This document shows positions 29,940 to 39,648 of a stretch of DNA of 64,000 bases, piece by piece. The notes under the pieces were generated by a model. The model was not told the DNA's origin and did no database searches. It worked only from the letters and a program-made list of their open reading frames with translations. The stretch is from Clostridia bacterium (lineage in GTDB: Bacteria; Bacillota; Clostridia; Oscillospirales; CAG-272): assembly GCA_017520505.1 (NCBI GenBank), contig JAFXFN010000006.1:172443-236442 (forward strand). Direction: 5' to 3'. The number at the start of each line of letters is the position of its first letter. Within the stretch, counting starts at the first letter, position 1. A program made the translations under genes and the position numbers.

Positions 29940-31052
29940 ATGAAAAAATTAGCATTCGGACTTATGCGCTTGCCTATGACGGAAAACACGGAAAAGCCTG
30001 AAATAGATTTAAACCGTGTCTGCGGAATGGTTGACACGTTTATGGAAAACGGATTTACATATTTTGACACAGCCGCACCGTATCACGGCGGTATGAGTGA
30101 GGTCATATTCAAAAAAGCAGTTGCTGACAGATACCCCAGAGATGCATACACAATCACGGATAAATTAAGCCTTTTTATGATAGAAAAGGCAGAGGATATG
30201 CAGGGATTTTTCGACCGTCAGCTTGAAAAGCTCGGCGTTGATTACGTTGACATTTATCTTATTCATTCGCTTTCAAGAAACTCATACAAGAAAGCGCAGG
30301 AATTCGGCGCATTTGAGTTTGCCGCAAGACTCAAACAAGAGGGCAAGGTGAAGCACGTCGGATTTTCATTCCACGACACGGCAGATATACTTGACACGAT
30401 TCTGACAGACCACCCCGAAATCGAGTACGTTCAGCTTCAGATAAACTATCTTGACTGGGAAGACGACGTTATCCAATCACGTCAATGCTATGAGGTTGCC
30501 GTAAAGCACGGCAAGCCCGTGCTTGTAATGGAGCCCGTTAAGGGCGGTGCGCTCGTTGACATATCAGAAAACGCAAAGAAGCTTTTGAAGGATAAAGAGC
30601 CTGAAATGTCGATTCCCTCCTGGGCGATACGCTTCGCCGCATCGCTTGACAAGGTCGTTATGGTGCTTTCGGGTATGAGCAACGAAGAACAGATAAGCGA
30701 CAACATCAGCTATATGAAGGATTTTGTACCGCTTACAGATGACGAAATGAAGCTGACGCTTGAATGTGCTGAAATAATCAGAAAAGATATACCTATAAAG
30801 TGCACATCTTGCCGTTACTGCGTTGACGACTGTCCTATGAATATCGCAATTCCCGAATACTTCAGCATATACAATGACAGCAAGCGCTTTGGGCTTCCCA
30901 AAATGGGACATTTAAAGGAAAAATACAGAAAAACGGCAGAAACAAACGGAAAAGCCTCCGTGTGCATTGAATGCGGTATGTGCGAGGAGCATTGTCCGCA
31001 AAAGCTTCCGATAAGAGAATTTTTGAAAACCGTTTCCGAAGTATTTGATTAA
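29940..31052 (+). CDS. Aldo/keto reductase with C-terminal 4Fe-4S dicluster
   Basis: FGLMRLP, YFDTA, GFSFH and MEPVKGG; CTSCRYC..CP and CIECGMCEEHCPQ. Confidence 0.92.
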   Translation: MKKLAFGLMRLPMTENTEKPEIDLNRVCGMVDTFMENGFTYFDTAAPYHGGMSEVIFKKAVADRYPRDAYTITDKLSLFMIEKAEDMQGFFDRQLEKLGVDYVDIYLIHSLSRNSYKKAQEFGAFEFAARLKQEGKVKHVGFSFHDTADILDTILTDHPEIEYVQLQINYLDWEDDVIQSRQCYEVAVKHGKPVLVMEPVKGGALVDISENAKKLLKDKEPEMSIPSWAIRFAASLDKVVMVLSGMSNEEQISDNISYMKDFVPLTDDEMKLTLECAEIIRKDIPIKCTSCRYCVDDCPMNIAIPEYFSIYNDSKRFGLPKMGHLKEKYRKTAETNGKASVCIECGMCEEHCPQKLPIREFLKTVSEVFD

Positions 31053-31063
31053 GGAGAATAATT

Positions 31064-31603
31064 ATGAAAAATTCAGTTTTGACAAAACAGACGATGTCTG
31101 TAAAAAGAAAGACGTTATTAACACTTGCCGCTGTTGCCGTATCAGTTGCTTTACCGTGGCTTTTGCACGCAGCAGGACACGTTTTGCATATAGGAACGAG
31201 TGTCGGTGAAATATTTTTGCCGATGCACATCTTTGTAATGACCGCAGGCTTTGTGCTCGGCCCTGCATACGGTGCTGTCGCAGGAATTGCATCTCCCGTT
31301 CTGAGCTTTATGATAACAAGTATGCCCACAGCGCTTATGCTTCCTTTTATGATAGTTGAGCTTTGTGCATACGGATTTTTTGCAGGTGCTGTACGAAATA
31401 TGCGTTTTAATTCCGTTTTAAAGGTCGGCGCCGTTCAGCTTTTGGGACGTCTTGTAAAGGCTGTTGCAATACTTACAGCTATAGGATTTTTCAATTCACC
31501 CTTACAGGCAAAAATTATCTATACAAGCGTAATTATGGGGCTTCCCGGTATTGCTTTACAGCTCCTTATCGTTCCCTTTATCGTTAAAAAGATAAATGAA
31601 TAA
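31064..31603 (+). CDS. ECF transporter S component
   Basis: LPMHIFV..GFVLGP.YG, MPT..MLPFMIVEL and GLPGIALQL motifs. Confidence 0.82.
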   Translation: MKNSVLTKQTMSVKRKTLLTLAAVAVSVALPWLLHAAGHVLHIGTSVGEIFLPMHIFVMTAGFVLGPAYGAVAGIASPVLSFMITSMPTALMLPFMIVELCAYGFFAGAVRNMRFNSVLKVGAVQLLGRLVKAVAILTAIGFFNSPLQAKIIYTSVIMGLPGIALQLLIVPFIVKKINE

Positions 31604-32027
31604 GCTTGACATTTCACATGCCAAGGCGATACTTTCAGAGGGCTTCACGTTCGTCGGTGTATGCGGTGACGAAATAAAAACAAGCAACGAAAGAGGCGTA
31701 AGACCGCTTTTATCTCTGCTTGATTCGGGTGTAAGTCTTGAAGACTTTTCCTGCGCTGACAAGGTTGTTGGTAAAGGTGCGGCGCACTTGTACGTGCTTT
31801 TAAAGGTGAAGCATCTGTATGCCGACGTCATAAGCGCCCCTGCGCTTGATTTGCTTGTAAAAAACAACGTCAGCATTGAATACGGCACGTTGTGCGATGA
31901 AATAAAGAACCGCACAAAAATGGGCAGATGCCCGATAGAAACAGCAACGCTTGATATCGATGACAGCACTTGTGCGCTTGAAGCAATAAGGATTACACTT
32001 GAAAATTTATCAAAAAATAACACTTGA
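31596..32027 (+). CDS. DUF1893 (TM1506-like) protein
   Basis: RGVRPL, ADKVVGKGAA and IKNR..GRCPIE motifs. Confidence 0.85.
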   Translation: MNKLDISHAKAILSEGFTFVGVCGDEIKTSNERGVRPLLSLLDSGVSLEDFSCADKVVGKGAAHLYVLLKVKHLYADVISAPALDLLVKNNVSIEYGTLCDEIKNRTKMGRCPIETATLDIDDSTCALEAIRITLENLSKNNT

Positions 32028-32063
32028 TATTTAATCTTGATTATCTGAATCTTTACAGTAAAG

Positions 32064-32157
32064 GCGCCATGCCTGCACCCCCCACGGCTCGTAGGCGTTA
32101 CAGCGGTACGCCTCGAGCCGCCCTGCAGGCGTGGCGCATATTTCCTTGCGGAAATAT
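32064..32157 (+). repeat. Structured intergenic repeat, long copy
   Basis: GCGCCATGCCTGCA-CCCCCCA-CGGCTCG...CGAGCCG-CCC-TGCAGGCGTGGCGC followed by ATATTTCC-TTGC-GGAAATAT. Confidence 0.8.
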
Positions 32158-32254
32158 ATTTTGTAAATTTTTAAGTAAAACAAGTAAAGACACGTTTCGG
32201 CATATAATCATCCGACACCGTTAATTATTATTTTACAAAAATTAAAGATAAATG

Positions 32255-32283
32255 TTGACTTTTACAAAAAGGTATTATATAAT
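32255..32283 (+). promoter_or_regulatory. sigma-A promoter of purF
   Basis: TTGACT-17-TATAAT. Confidence 0.65.
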
Positions 32284-32320
32284 GTTAACATTAAAAATTA
32301 TATAAAGGCAGGGCAAGCTT

Positions 32321-33727
32321 ATGGGCGGTTTTTTTGGTGTAGTTTCAAAAGAGGATTGTGTTTTTGAGCTTTTCTACGGTACTGACTATCATTCACATTT
32401 GGGCACACGCCGCGCAGGTATGGCTACATACGATGAAAAGGCAGGCTTTGACAGGTCGATACACAACATAGAAAATTCTCCTTTCAGAACAAAGTTCGCC
32501 TCGGAATCCACTTCGATGAAGGGCACAATGGGAATCGGATGCATTTCGGATTATGAACCGCAGCCCATACTTGTCCGTTCTCACCACGGCACGTTTGCCA
32601 TAACCACGGTCGGAAAAATAAACAACGCAAACGAGATCGTTGACGAAATAATCGCAGGTAAAACGCACTTTTTCGAGATGAGAAGCGGAGATATAAACCC
32701 GACGGAGCTTGTTGCCGCAATCATCAATCAAAAGGACAACTTTATCGACGGTATCAAATATGCGCAGGAAATAATCGACGGCTCTGTCAGTATGCTGATA
32801 CTGACACCGAAGGGGGTTTATGCCGCACGTGACAAACTCGGCAGAACACCGATATCGATAGGTGAGCGTGCAGACGGCTACTGTGCAAGCTTTGAAAGCT
32901 TTGCCTACCTTAATCTCGGATATAAAAGCTATAAGGAGCTGGGACCTGGTGAAATAGTCGTTATGACCAAAGACGGGGTGAAAACTCTCGCAGAGGCGGG
33001 AAAGAATATGAAGATATGCACATTTTTGTGGATATACTACGGCTATCCGTCATCGTCATACGAGGGCATCAGCGTTGAAAAGGTACGTTACAAATGCGGC
33101 GAGCTTTTATCAAGACGTGACAATGCGAAGCCCGACATCGTTGCAGGTATTCCCGACTCGGGAATTGCCCACGCAATAGGGTATGCAGGCGAATCGGGAA
33201 TTCCCTACGCAAGACCTTTTATCAAATATACACCTACGTGGCCCCGTTCATTTATGCCTCCGAATCAAGTCAAGCGAAATCTTATTGCAAAGATGAAGCT
33301 TATCGCCATTCACGACCTTATAGACAAGAAAAAGCTGCTTCTTATCGATGACTCCATCGTAAGAGGTACACAGCTTGGCGAAACGACTGAATTCCTTTAC
33401 GAAAGCGGTGCTGAGGAGGTTCACATAAGACTTGGCTGTCCGCCCATTCTTTTCAGCTGTAAATATCTCAATTTCTCACGCTCGACATCGGAAATGGAGC
33501 TTATAACAAGACGTGTTATAAGAGAGCTTGAGGGCGGTGAGCCGTCACGTGAAATACTTGAAGAATACACTGACCCCGAATCGGAAAGATACGCAAAAAT
33601 GATAGAGGTCATACGATCTGAGCTTCACTTCACTTCTCTGCGTTATCACAGACTTGACGATATGATAGAAGCAACGGGATTGCCCGCTGACCGTCTTTGC
33701 ACATACTGCTGGAACGGAAAAGAATAA
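32321..33727 (+). CDS. purF: Amidophosphoribosyltransferase, MGGFFG variant lacking Cys1
   Basis: PRT loop LLIDDSIVRGT, IPDSG, ARDKLGRTP; Fe-S cysteines ICTF, CPP..SC and CTYCW. Confidence 0.9.
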   Translation: MGGFFGVVSKEDCVFELFYGTDYHSHLGTRRAGMATYDEKAGFDRSIHNIENSPFRTKFASESTSMKGTMGIGCISDYEPQPILVRSHHGTFAITTVGKINNANEIVDEIIAGKTHFFEMRSGDINPTELVAAIINQKDNFIDGIKYAQEIIDGSVSMLILTPKGVYAARDKLGRTPISIGERADGYCASFESFAYLNLGYKSYKELGPGEIVVMTKDGVKTLAEAGKNMKICTFLWIYYGYPSSSYEGISVEKVRYKCGELLSRRDNAKPDIVAGIPDSGIAHAIGYAGESGIPYARPFIKYTPTWPRSFMPPNQVKRNLIAKMKLIAIHDLIDKKKLLLIDDSIVRGTQLGETTEFLYESGAEEVHIRLGCPPILFSCKYLNFSRSTSEMELITRRVIRELEGGEPSREILEEYTDPESERYAKMIEVIRSELHFTSLRYHRLDDMIEATGLPADRLCTYCWNGKE

Positions 33728-33732
33728 AACAA

Positions 33733-33763
33733 AAACCCTGTCCAAATTTTTTGGACAGGGTTT
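33733..33763. terminator. Bidirectional terminator
   Basis: AAACCCTGTCCAAA-TTT-TTTGGACAGGGTTT. Confidence 0.8.
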
Positions 33764-33769
33764 AAATTT

Positions 33770-34675
33770 TCACATCAAAAACGCATCCGTGAGAAGATCT
33801 GCATAAGCCATAGCATCGAAGTGACGGGTTTCTGCGGAAAATCTGTGCGATGTCTTCGACTTCGGCACAAACACTTTAAGCGTTGTTTCATCTTTCGGGG
33901 CATTATACATAAGCTCCGTATTCCAATAATTCAAGCAGGAAATACGTGATAAAAACATCCCCGAAAATCCGCAGGACGATATATCTCCCATAAATCTTCT
34001 TTGTTTAAGAACAAGAGTAAATACATATCTGTCAAGCGTTTCTGTAACCGTTATGACCGCCTCGCCGTTTGAAAGCATCATACCGAGTGCTGCAAGCGAA
34101 ACGGATAATGAGGTTATACCCTCATCTGTTTTTATATCGGACACATTACATTGAAACACAAGTGTTCTGTCTGAAGCCTTTTCAAAACGCTTTTTGTAGC
34201 TTTCAGCCGTATATTCAACTATACGCTCAAGCGGTATATCGCTTTTTTCGTCATCTGTACGTGAGATCATCATCAGCCTTTGAAGCTTTTTCAAGGGCGC
34301 ACCGTCTGTCAGAGGAATATTTGAATGAAGCTCCATATACTTTTGTTCAATAATAAATCTCGACGTCAGAAGTGCATCTGCACCGTCACATCTTGTATTA
34401 CTGAAATAGATATGCTTATATTCATCCGACCTCGGCTTTGCAAGACAAACACAGGCAAGATATTCTGTATTTTTCAACGTAAGGACCGCAGTATACGGAA
34501 AGCTTTTTTGTTTTGAATCAACAAGCGGTCTTATCTCTATTTCAAGTCCTATATCGGTATATCCGACGTCAGGCGAGCATTTTTCGTTGAAATCAACTAT
34601 CTCGTTCAAGGAATTGACTGTTATCATCGGCAATTCCGTTTCGGTATAATATTCCGAAAAGAAATCATATTTCAT
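33770..34675 (-). CDS. Hypothetical protein (possibly a degenerate PAS/HATPase-like sensor fold)
   Basis: Long ORF; probable ATG 34675 just after the NYN gene stop; no catalytic motifs recognised. Confidence 0.65.
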   Translation of the reverse strand: MKYDFFSEYYTETELPMITVNSLNEIVDFNEKCSPDVGYTDIGLEIEIRPLVDSKQKSFPYTAVLTLKNTEYLACVCLAKPRSDEYKHIYFSNTRCDGADALLTSRFIIEQKYMELHSNIPLTDGAPLKKLQRLMMISRTDDEKSDIPLERIVEYTAESYKKRFEKASDRTLVFQCNVSDIKTDEGITSLSVSLAALGMMLSNGEAVITVTETLDRYVFTLVLKQRRFMGDISSCGFSGMFLSRISCLNYWNTELMYNAPKDETTLKVFVPKSKTSHRFSAETRHFDAMAYADLLTDAFLM

Positions 34676-34679
34676 AATT

Positions 34680-35495
34680 CTATTTGCCGTTTTCTTTGCG
34701 TATTTTTTCGTTGGGAACAAGCTTTTCCTCGGGGATTATATCAAAGCCCGAAAGCTTTTCTTCATCAAGATACAATGCTTTGAGCTGCTTGCCGCCCGGC
34801 AGGAATTTTCTTTCCTGTCGGATAATACCGCCATCAAGCATTTTTGTCATCGTTTCTCTTATATTTTCCTTATCCTCGCCGTATCTTGCGGCAACAGCCT
34901 CCATAGCGGACAAGAACGTGATATATCTTCGGCTTTTCGCATTCTTTTGCTTTTTAAGGTAATTTACGACCATTGAAATGCGCATATTTTCAATTTCTTC
35001 ACTCGTCGGTATTTCAATGTATTTCGATGCTGCGCTTTTAAGCATACCCGAAAGACAATCCCTTACAGCATAAACGATAACTTCTTTTTTACACGTATTT
35101 GTAAGAAACTTCACGACCGATGTAAAATGACCGTCGCCGGTAAAAATAATAAAGGTATCAATATCCTTTGCAAACATCGCTCTTTGATATATGCTGTCAA
35201 GCATAATGAAGTCCGTAAAATCTTTTTTATAATGCTGGCTTGTGTTCTGCGTTTCTATGACGTTGTTTGAAACTTCACGTATTTTGGAAATTTCATAACG
35301 CATACCGGGATTTGAAAAATCACCGAAGAAAAACATATCGGATATATTATATTTTTTGTCAAGCTCATTTTTCCATTTTTTAATTTCGGGACGGCTTGAA
35401 TAATTTTTGTACATTGAAACGTGCCAATGCTCGTAATCGACGAAAACAAGTGCTTTTTTTCTCTTTTTCCCGAATAAATTTCCTAAAAGTCCTAT
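34680..35495 (-). CDS. NYN (PIN-like) domain protein, probable ATA start
   Basis: VFVDYEH, KDFTDFIMLD and FTGDGHF motifs; the first motif lies upstream of the first ATG (35414). Confidence 0.85.
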   Translation of the reverse strand: MGLLGNLFGKKRKKALVFVDYEHWHVSMYKNYSSRPEIKKWKNELDKKYNISDMFFFGDFSNPGMRYEISKIREVSNNVIETQNTSQHYKKDFTDFIMLDSIYQRAMFAKDIDTFIIFTGDGHFTSVVKFLTNTCKKEVIVYAVRDCLSGMLKSAASKYIEIPTSEEIENMRISMVVNYLKKQKNAKSRRYITFLSAMEAVAARYGEDKENIRETMTKMLDGGIIRQERKFLPGGKQLKALYLDEEKLSGFDIIPEEKLVPNEKIRKENGK

Positions 35496-35605
35496 TTCTC
35501 CTTACCTCCCTTCCACCGCTTTCCGCCTGCGAATTATACCATACAAGCCGTTGTTTGTCAAGTAAGATAAAAGGCAAGCGGACACATCATCCGCTTGCCT
35601 TGGTA

Positions 35606-36481
35606 TCATTTAAGTATACTTGAAAGATTATCCTTTATTTTTCTTGCAACCTCGGGGCGGTTCATACAGTAGACGTGTATACAGTTGACACCGTTTGCAA
35701 GCAGGTCTATAATTTGGTCTGTAGCGTAAGCGATCCCCGCCTGCTTCATCGATTCGGGGTTTGAGCCGAATTTATCCGTTATCGCCTTGAAGCGTTGGGG
35801 TAAGAAGTTACCCGATATTTTGCATATTCTTTCGGTCTGCTTTGCATTTGTAACGGGCATAATACCTGCGACAACGGGGACGGTGATGCCTGCCTCACGA
35901 ATTTTGTAAAGGTAATTGTAAAGGATGTTATTGTCGAAAAACATCTGCGTGGTGAGAAAATCGCACCCTGCATCGACCTTTTCCTTAATGTGCATTATAT
36001 CCTCTTTGAGCGTCTTTGCCTCCGGATGCTTTTCGGGATAGCACGCACCGCCGATACAAAAATCACCGTGTCTTTTTATCTCTCTTATAAGCTCGGAAGC
36101 ATAGCGGTAGGGCGCATTTTCGGGAAAGGTCCAGCCCTCGGGAATGTCCCCCCGCAAAGCGAGTATATTATTCATCCCCGCAGACTTTATTTTTTCTATC
36201 TGATTTTTAACGGCATCCTCGGTTGAGGAAACACAGGTAAGATGGACAATAGGCGTGATACCGCAGTTTTTTATATTTTCCGCAACCGATACGGTATAGT
36301 CGCTCGTGCCGCCGCCTGCACCGTATGTAACGCTCATAAAAGCAGGATTAAGCTTTGCAATTTCCGACGTTGCATTCATCACCGTATCTATTGAATCCGA
36401 CGTTTTAGGCGGAAATACCTCAAATGACAGAGTGGGTGCATCTTTTGCAATATTTGCATTTATTATATCGATTATTTTCAA
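35606..36481 (-). CDS. metF: 5,10-methylenetetrahydrofolate reductase
   Basis: SFEVFPPK, SVTYGAGG, HLTC, LALRGD, YPEKH and TQMFFD motifs; TTG start after AAGGAG. Confidence 0.95.
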   Translation of the reverse strand: MKIIDIINANIAKDAPTLSFEVFPPKTSDSIDTVMNATSEIAKLNPAFMSVTYGAGGGTSDYTVSVAENIKNCGITPIVHLTCVSSTEDAVKNQIEKIKSAGMNNILALRGDIPEGWTFPENAPYRYASELIREIKRHGDFCIGGACYPEKHPEAKTLKEDIMHIKEKVDAGCDFLTTQMFFDNNILYNYLYKIREAGITVPVVAGIMPVTNAKQTERICKISGNFLPQRFKAITDKFGSNPESMKQAGIAYATDQIIDLLANGVNCIHVYCMNRPEVARKIKDNLSSILK

Positions 36482-36604
36482 AATTCTCACTCCTTTTTGA
36501 TAATTATATACCCTTTTAATTTTTTTGTCAATACCGACTGTGTACTATTGAAATTTCATTAAATATGTGATAGAATAAAAAAAGTCTATCAAGGAGGCTT
36601 AATT

Positions 36605-37141
36605 ATGGACGATTCATCCTTCAACAGTATAACACATACGGTCGAAAAAAAGGTAGAGGGAAAATACAGACTTCAAAGAGTTATGTATATCGTCGGCGCC
36701 GTGCTTGCATCGATACTTCTTTGCGCATTGTGCGTGGCGGTTAAAATGCTTATCTACTTTACTCCCGTTATGTTTATGCTTTGCTTGATCTTATTCAAGT
36801 ATCTTTTTATCTATTTTCAGATAGAGTACCGTTACACCATTGAACGTGGTGTATTTACAATGGAAAAGGTATTCGGGGCAAAAAAATGCAAGAAATATTA
36901 TCAGGTAACGCTTTCCGAGCTTGACAGCATAGTTCCCCACACGGACGTTACGGTAAACAAAGGGGACGTTGTTTTCCCGTCTTGTATAAGTCTTGCCGAG
37001 CCGACACCCGACCTTTATGCGATGATTGCAGATGACGGAGATAAAAAGACCGTTTTATATTTTGAAGCGACGAAAAAAACGCTTAAAATAATGAGATATC
37101 ACAACAAAAACACGGTTGTTATCGATACACTCAGGCATTAA
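36605..37141 (+). CDS. Hypothetical 2-TM membrane protein (DUF6106-like)
   Basis: Two TM helices, then IEYRYT..G.FTMEKVFG; AGGAGG RBS. Confidence 0.65.
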   Translation: MDDSSFNSITHTVEKKVEGKYRLQRVMYIVGAVLASILLCALCVAVKMLIYFTPVMFMLCLILFKYLFIYFQIEYRYTIERGVFTMEKVFGAKKCKKYYQVTLSELDSIVPHTDVTVNKGDVVFPSCISLAEPTPDLYAMIADDGDKKTVLYFEATKKTLKIMRYHNKNTVVIDTLRH

Positions 37142-37193
37142 AACAGCTTCTCTTGCATAAATTTAACCAAAAAGGTTAAAGGAGTGCAAGCTT

Positions 37194-37739
37194 ATGAAAA
37201 AAACACTGTTTACTGTATTGCTTATAATTTCAGTCCTGATAACGGGCTGCGGTCAAAAGGAAAATCCCGATGACTATATTTCATCATTCAAAAATGAATA
37301 TACCGCAAATGTAACCGTTGAAGAAGACGGCGCATCATATACCGTGCGTGTCACAAAAGACGCTGAAGGCACGGTGGATATGGTATTTGCCGCCCCGTCG
37401 GTGCTTTGGGGAATGGGCTACAGCTTCGAGGGCGAGGACAGCTATCTTATCTACAACGATATGAGCATCGAGCTTGATATACAGGAGCTTCCCACGTCCT
37501 CCGAGGGCGGTGTTTACCGTTGGCACAGACTTCTTGAATGTGCGGGAGATTTCACGGTAAGCTCACAGAATTTGAACGGTGAAAAGGCAGTAAAGCTTAC
37601 AAACGGTGAATGTGAGATATTTTTTGACAAGGAAACAAATTCGCCCCTTATGATCAAGTCGGGCGGTACAGTCATAACATTTGATGAATGGAACGGAAAA
37701 AATACTGATGATAAAACCACGGACGTATCTACAAATTGA
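37194..37739 (+). CDS. Putative lipoprotein (possibly LolA-like fold)
   Basis: Lipobox LITGC; beta-rich sequence; lies upstream of alr. Confidence 0.7.
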   Translation: MKKTLFTVLLIISVLITGCGQKENPDDYISSFKNEYTANVTVEEDGASYTVRVTKDAEGTVDMVFAAPSVLWGMGYSFEGEDSYLIYNDMSIELDIQELPTSSEGGVYRWHRLLECAGDFTVSSQNLNGEKAVKLTNGECEIFFDKETNSPLMIKSGGTVITFDEWNGKNTDDKTTDVSTN

Positions 37740-38787
37740 CTCAAAGGCTCTCGTTTCAAATTTTAATTTTATAAAATCAAAGCTCCCCTATGACGTTGCG
37801 CTTATGTGCGTAGTCAAGGCTGATTGCTACGGCCACGGGGGCGAATGTATAAAAATACTGTCAGATGCGGGTGCTGAGCATTTCGCCGTATCTTCTCTTG
37901 ACGAAGCACTTGAAGCACGCACGCACACAGACGGCGACATTCTGATATTAAGCTACACAAACCCCGATGATATTTCTTACGTAATTGACGGAAATATCAT
38001 ACAAACGGTATATTCAGTTGAATATGCAGAGCTTTTGTCAGCGTGTATTCCCGATGGCAAAAGGCTTCGCGTTCACATAAAAATAGAAACGGGAATGAAC
38101 CGTCTCGGCTTCGGTTGTGATGACAAAGACGGTTTAAGCTATGTCATAAATAGCCCTAAATTCAAAGTCGAGGGTATATTTACACACTTTGCACGTGCAG
38201 ACGAGCGTGACAAAACGGAATGCTCTCACCAGCTTGAAAAATTCGAAAAAGCCAAAAAGCTTATATCATCTTTAACGGATAAAGCTCTCGTTTACCACTG
38301 CGCAAACAGCGGTGCGATACTTGATCTGCCATCGTCGCTCGTCGGTATGGCACGTGCAGGCATAGTGCTTTACGGATTTCCTCCGTCAGACGAGGTAAGC
38401 GGAGAGGGACTTTCCCCTGTTATGAAATTCGTATCGACCGTCGTGCACATACACGAGCTTGAAAAGGGCGACGCCGTATCGTACGGCGGTGACTTCAAGG
38501 CAGATAAAAAAATGACCGTTGCGACCGTTGCCTGCGGCTACGGCGACGGCATTTCACGCCGCTTTACAGGCGCATACATCAAAATAAACGGTCACCGTGT
38601 CCGTGTTATCGGCCGTGTATGTATGGACCATTTTATGGTCGACGTAACTGACATGGAAGAAAAGCCGAGGGTTGGTGACGAGGCTGTCGTTTTTGACGAT
38701 GCCGCTGAATATGCAGAGCATATAGGCACTATTCCCTATGAATGTATGTGTGCCGTAAGCAAAAGAGTAAAAAGGATATACATATAA
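37708..38787 (+). CDS. alr: Alanine racemase
   Basis: VVKADCYGHG (PLP lysine), KIETGMNRLG, THFA, CANS, GYGDG and GRVCMD motifs. Confidence 0.95.
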   Translation: MIKPRTYLQIDSKALVSNFNFIKSKLPYDVALMCVVKADCYGHGGECIKILSDAGAEHFAVSSLDEALEARTHTDGDILILSYTNPDDISYVIDGNIIQTVYSVEYAELLSACIPDGKRLRVHIKIETGMNRLGFGCDDKDGLSYVINSPKFKVEGIFTHFARADERDKTECSHQLEKFEKAKKLISSLTDKALVYHCANSGAILDLPSSLVGMARAGIVLYGFPPSDEVSGEGLSPVMKFVSTVVHIHELEKGDAVSYGGDFKADKKMTVATVACGYGDGISRRFTGAYIKINGHRVRVIGRVCMDHFMVDVTDMEEKPRVGDEAVVFDDAAEYAEHIGTIPYECMCAVSKRVKRIYI

Positions 38788-38809
38788 AATTCACCCTTTC
38801 GGAGGCAAA

Positions 38810-39364
38810 TTGTATATATACCTATCAAGGAATATAAAAATAAGCGTCATAACTGCTGTGACGCTTATTATTTTTTCCCTTACATACACGACACTTGACA
38901 CGTTTTTTATGCTTTCATCATCGGTTTTGCACGAGCTCGGACACATTATAAGCGCAAAAATATGTAAAGCAAAAATCACCTCTGTTACCGTTGGCATCGG
39001 CGGTGCCGACATAAAGATGAACGGTATCACCTCATACCGTGACGATGCCGTAATATCATCGGGCGGTATCGTATTTAATCTTTTCTTTTTCGCCTTGTTT
39101 CCTCATCACCCGTTCGGTATTTACAACCTTATTTATGCGATACTTAACGGTCTTCCGATATGCACGCTTGACGGCGGAAGAACGCTTCATTCTCTTCTTA
39201 TGATGCGTTTTTCGGAAAAATGCGAGGCGCTTTGTAATATCATCTCGTGTACTGCTCTTTTCGTTTTGTGGCAGTTTTCCGTTTATGTGCTTTTCAAAAC
39301 GGGTGCAAACATTTCCCTCTTTTTGTTTTGCGTGTGTATTTTTTCGTCACTGCCCGACAGATAA
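38810..39364 (+). CDS. M50 site-2 protease (SpoIVFB-like)
   Basis: HELGH and NGLP..LDGGR motifs; TTG start after GGAGG. Confidence 0.82.
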   Translation: MYIYLSRNIKISVITAVTLIIFSLTYTTLDTFFMLSSSVLHELGHIISAKICKAKITSVTVGIGGADIKMNGITSYRDDAVISSGGIVFNLFFFALFPHHPFGIYNLIYAILNGLPICTLDGGRTLHSLLMMRFSEKCEALCNIISCTALFVLWQFSVYVLFKTGANISLFLFCVCIFSSLPDR

Positions 39365-39441
39365 AAATATACAAAACTTCTATTGATTTAATTAAACGTG
39401 TGTGATATAATTATAAAGATAAAAAGCCTTGAGGGATATAT

Positions 39442-39648
39442 ATGGAAATACCGAAGATAGATGTGGGCGACGTGCTCACGATGAAAAAACAGCATCCGTG
39501 CGGCGGAAACACATTCCGTGTGCTTCGTGTCGGCTCGGACATAAGGATAGTATGCGAAAAATGCGGACACGACGTCACCGTTGCCCGTGTAAAGCTTGAA
39601 AAAAACATAAAGAAGATAAAAAAGGCGGAGGACTGTAACAATGCTTGA
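39442..39648 (+). CDS. DUF951 family protein
   Basis: MKKQHPCG...RVGSDIRIVC..CGH. Confidence 0.88.
   Translation: MEIPKIDVGDVLTMKKQHPCGGNTFRVLRVGSDIRIVCEKCGHDVTVARVKLEKNIKKIKKAEDCNNA

Noticed and set aside
32064-32157. Purine or ZTP riboswitch for purF
   Set aside because: Lies upstream of the purF promoter (32255), lacks the consensus motifs, and has homologues at unrelated loci in both orientations.
36482-36604. SAM riboswitch or T-box upstream of metF
   Set aside because: The promoter sits directly before the RBS, leaving no room, and no consensus is present.
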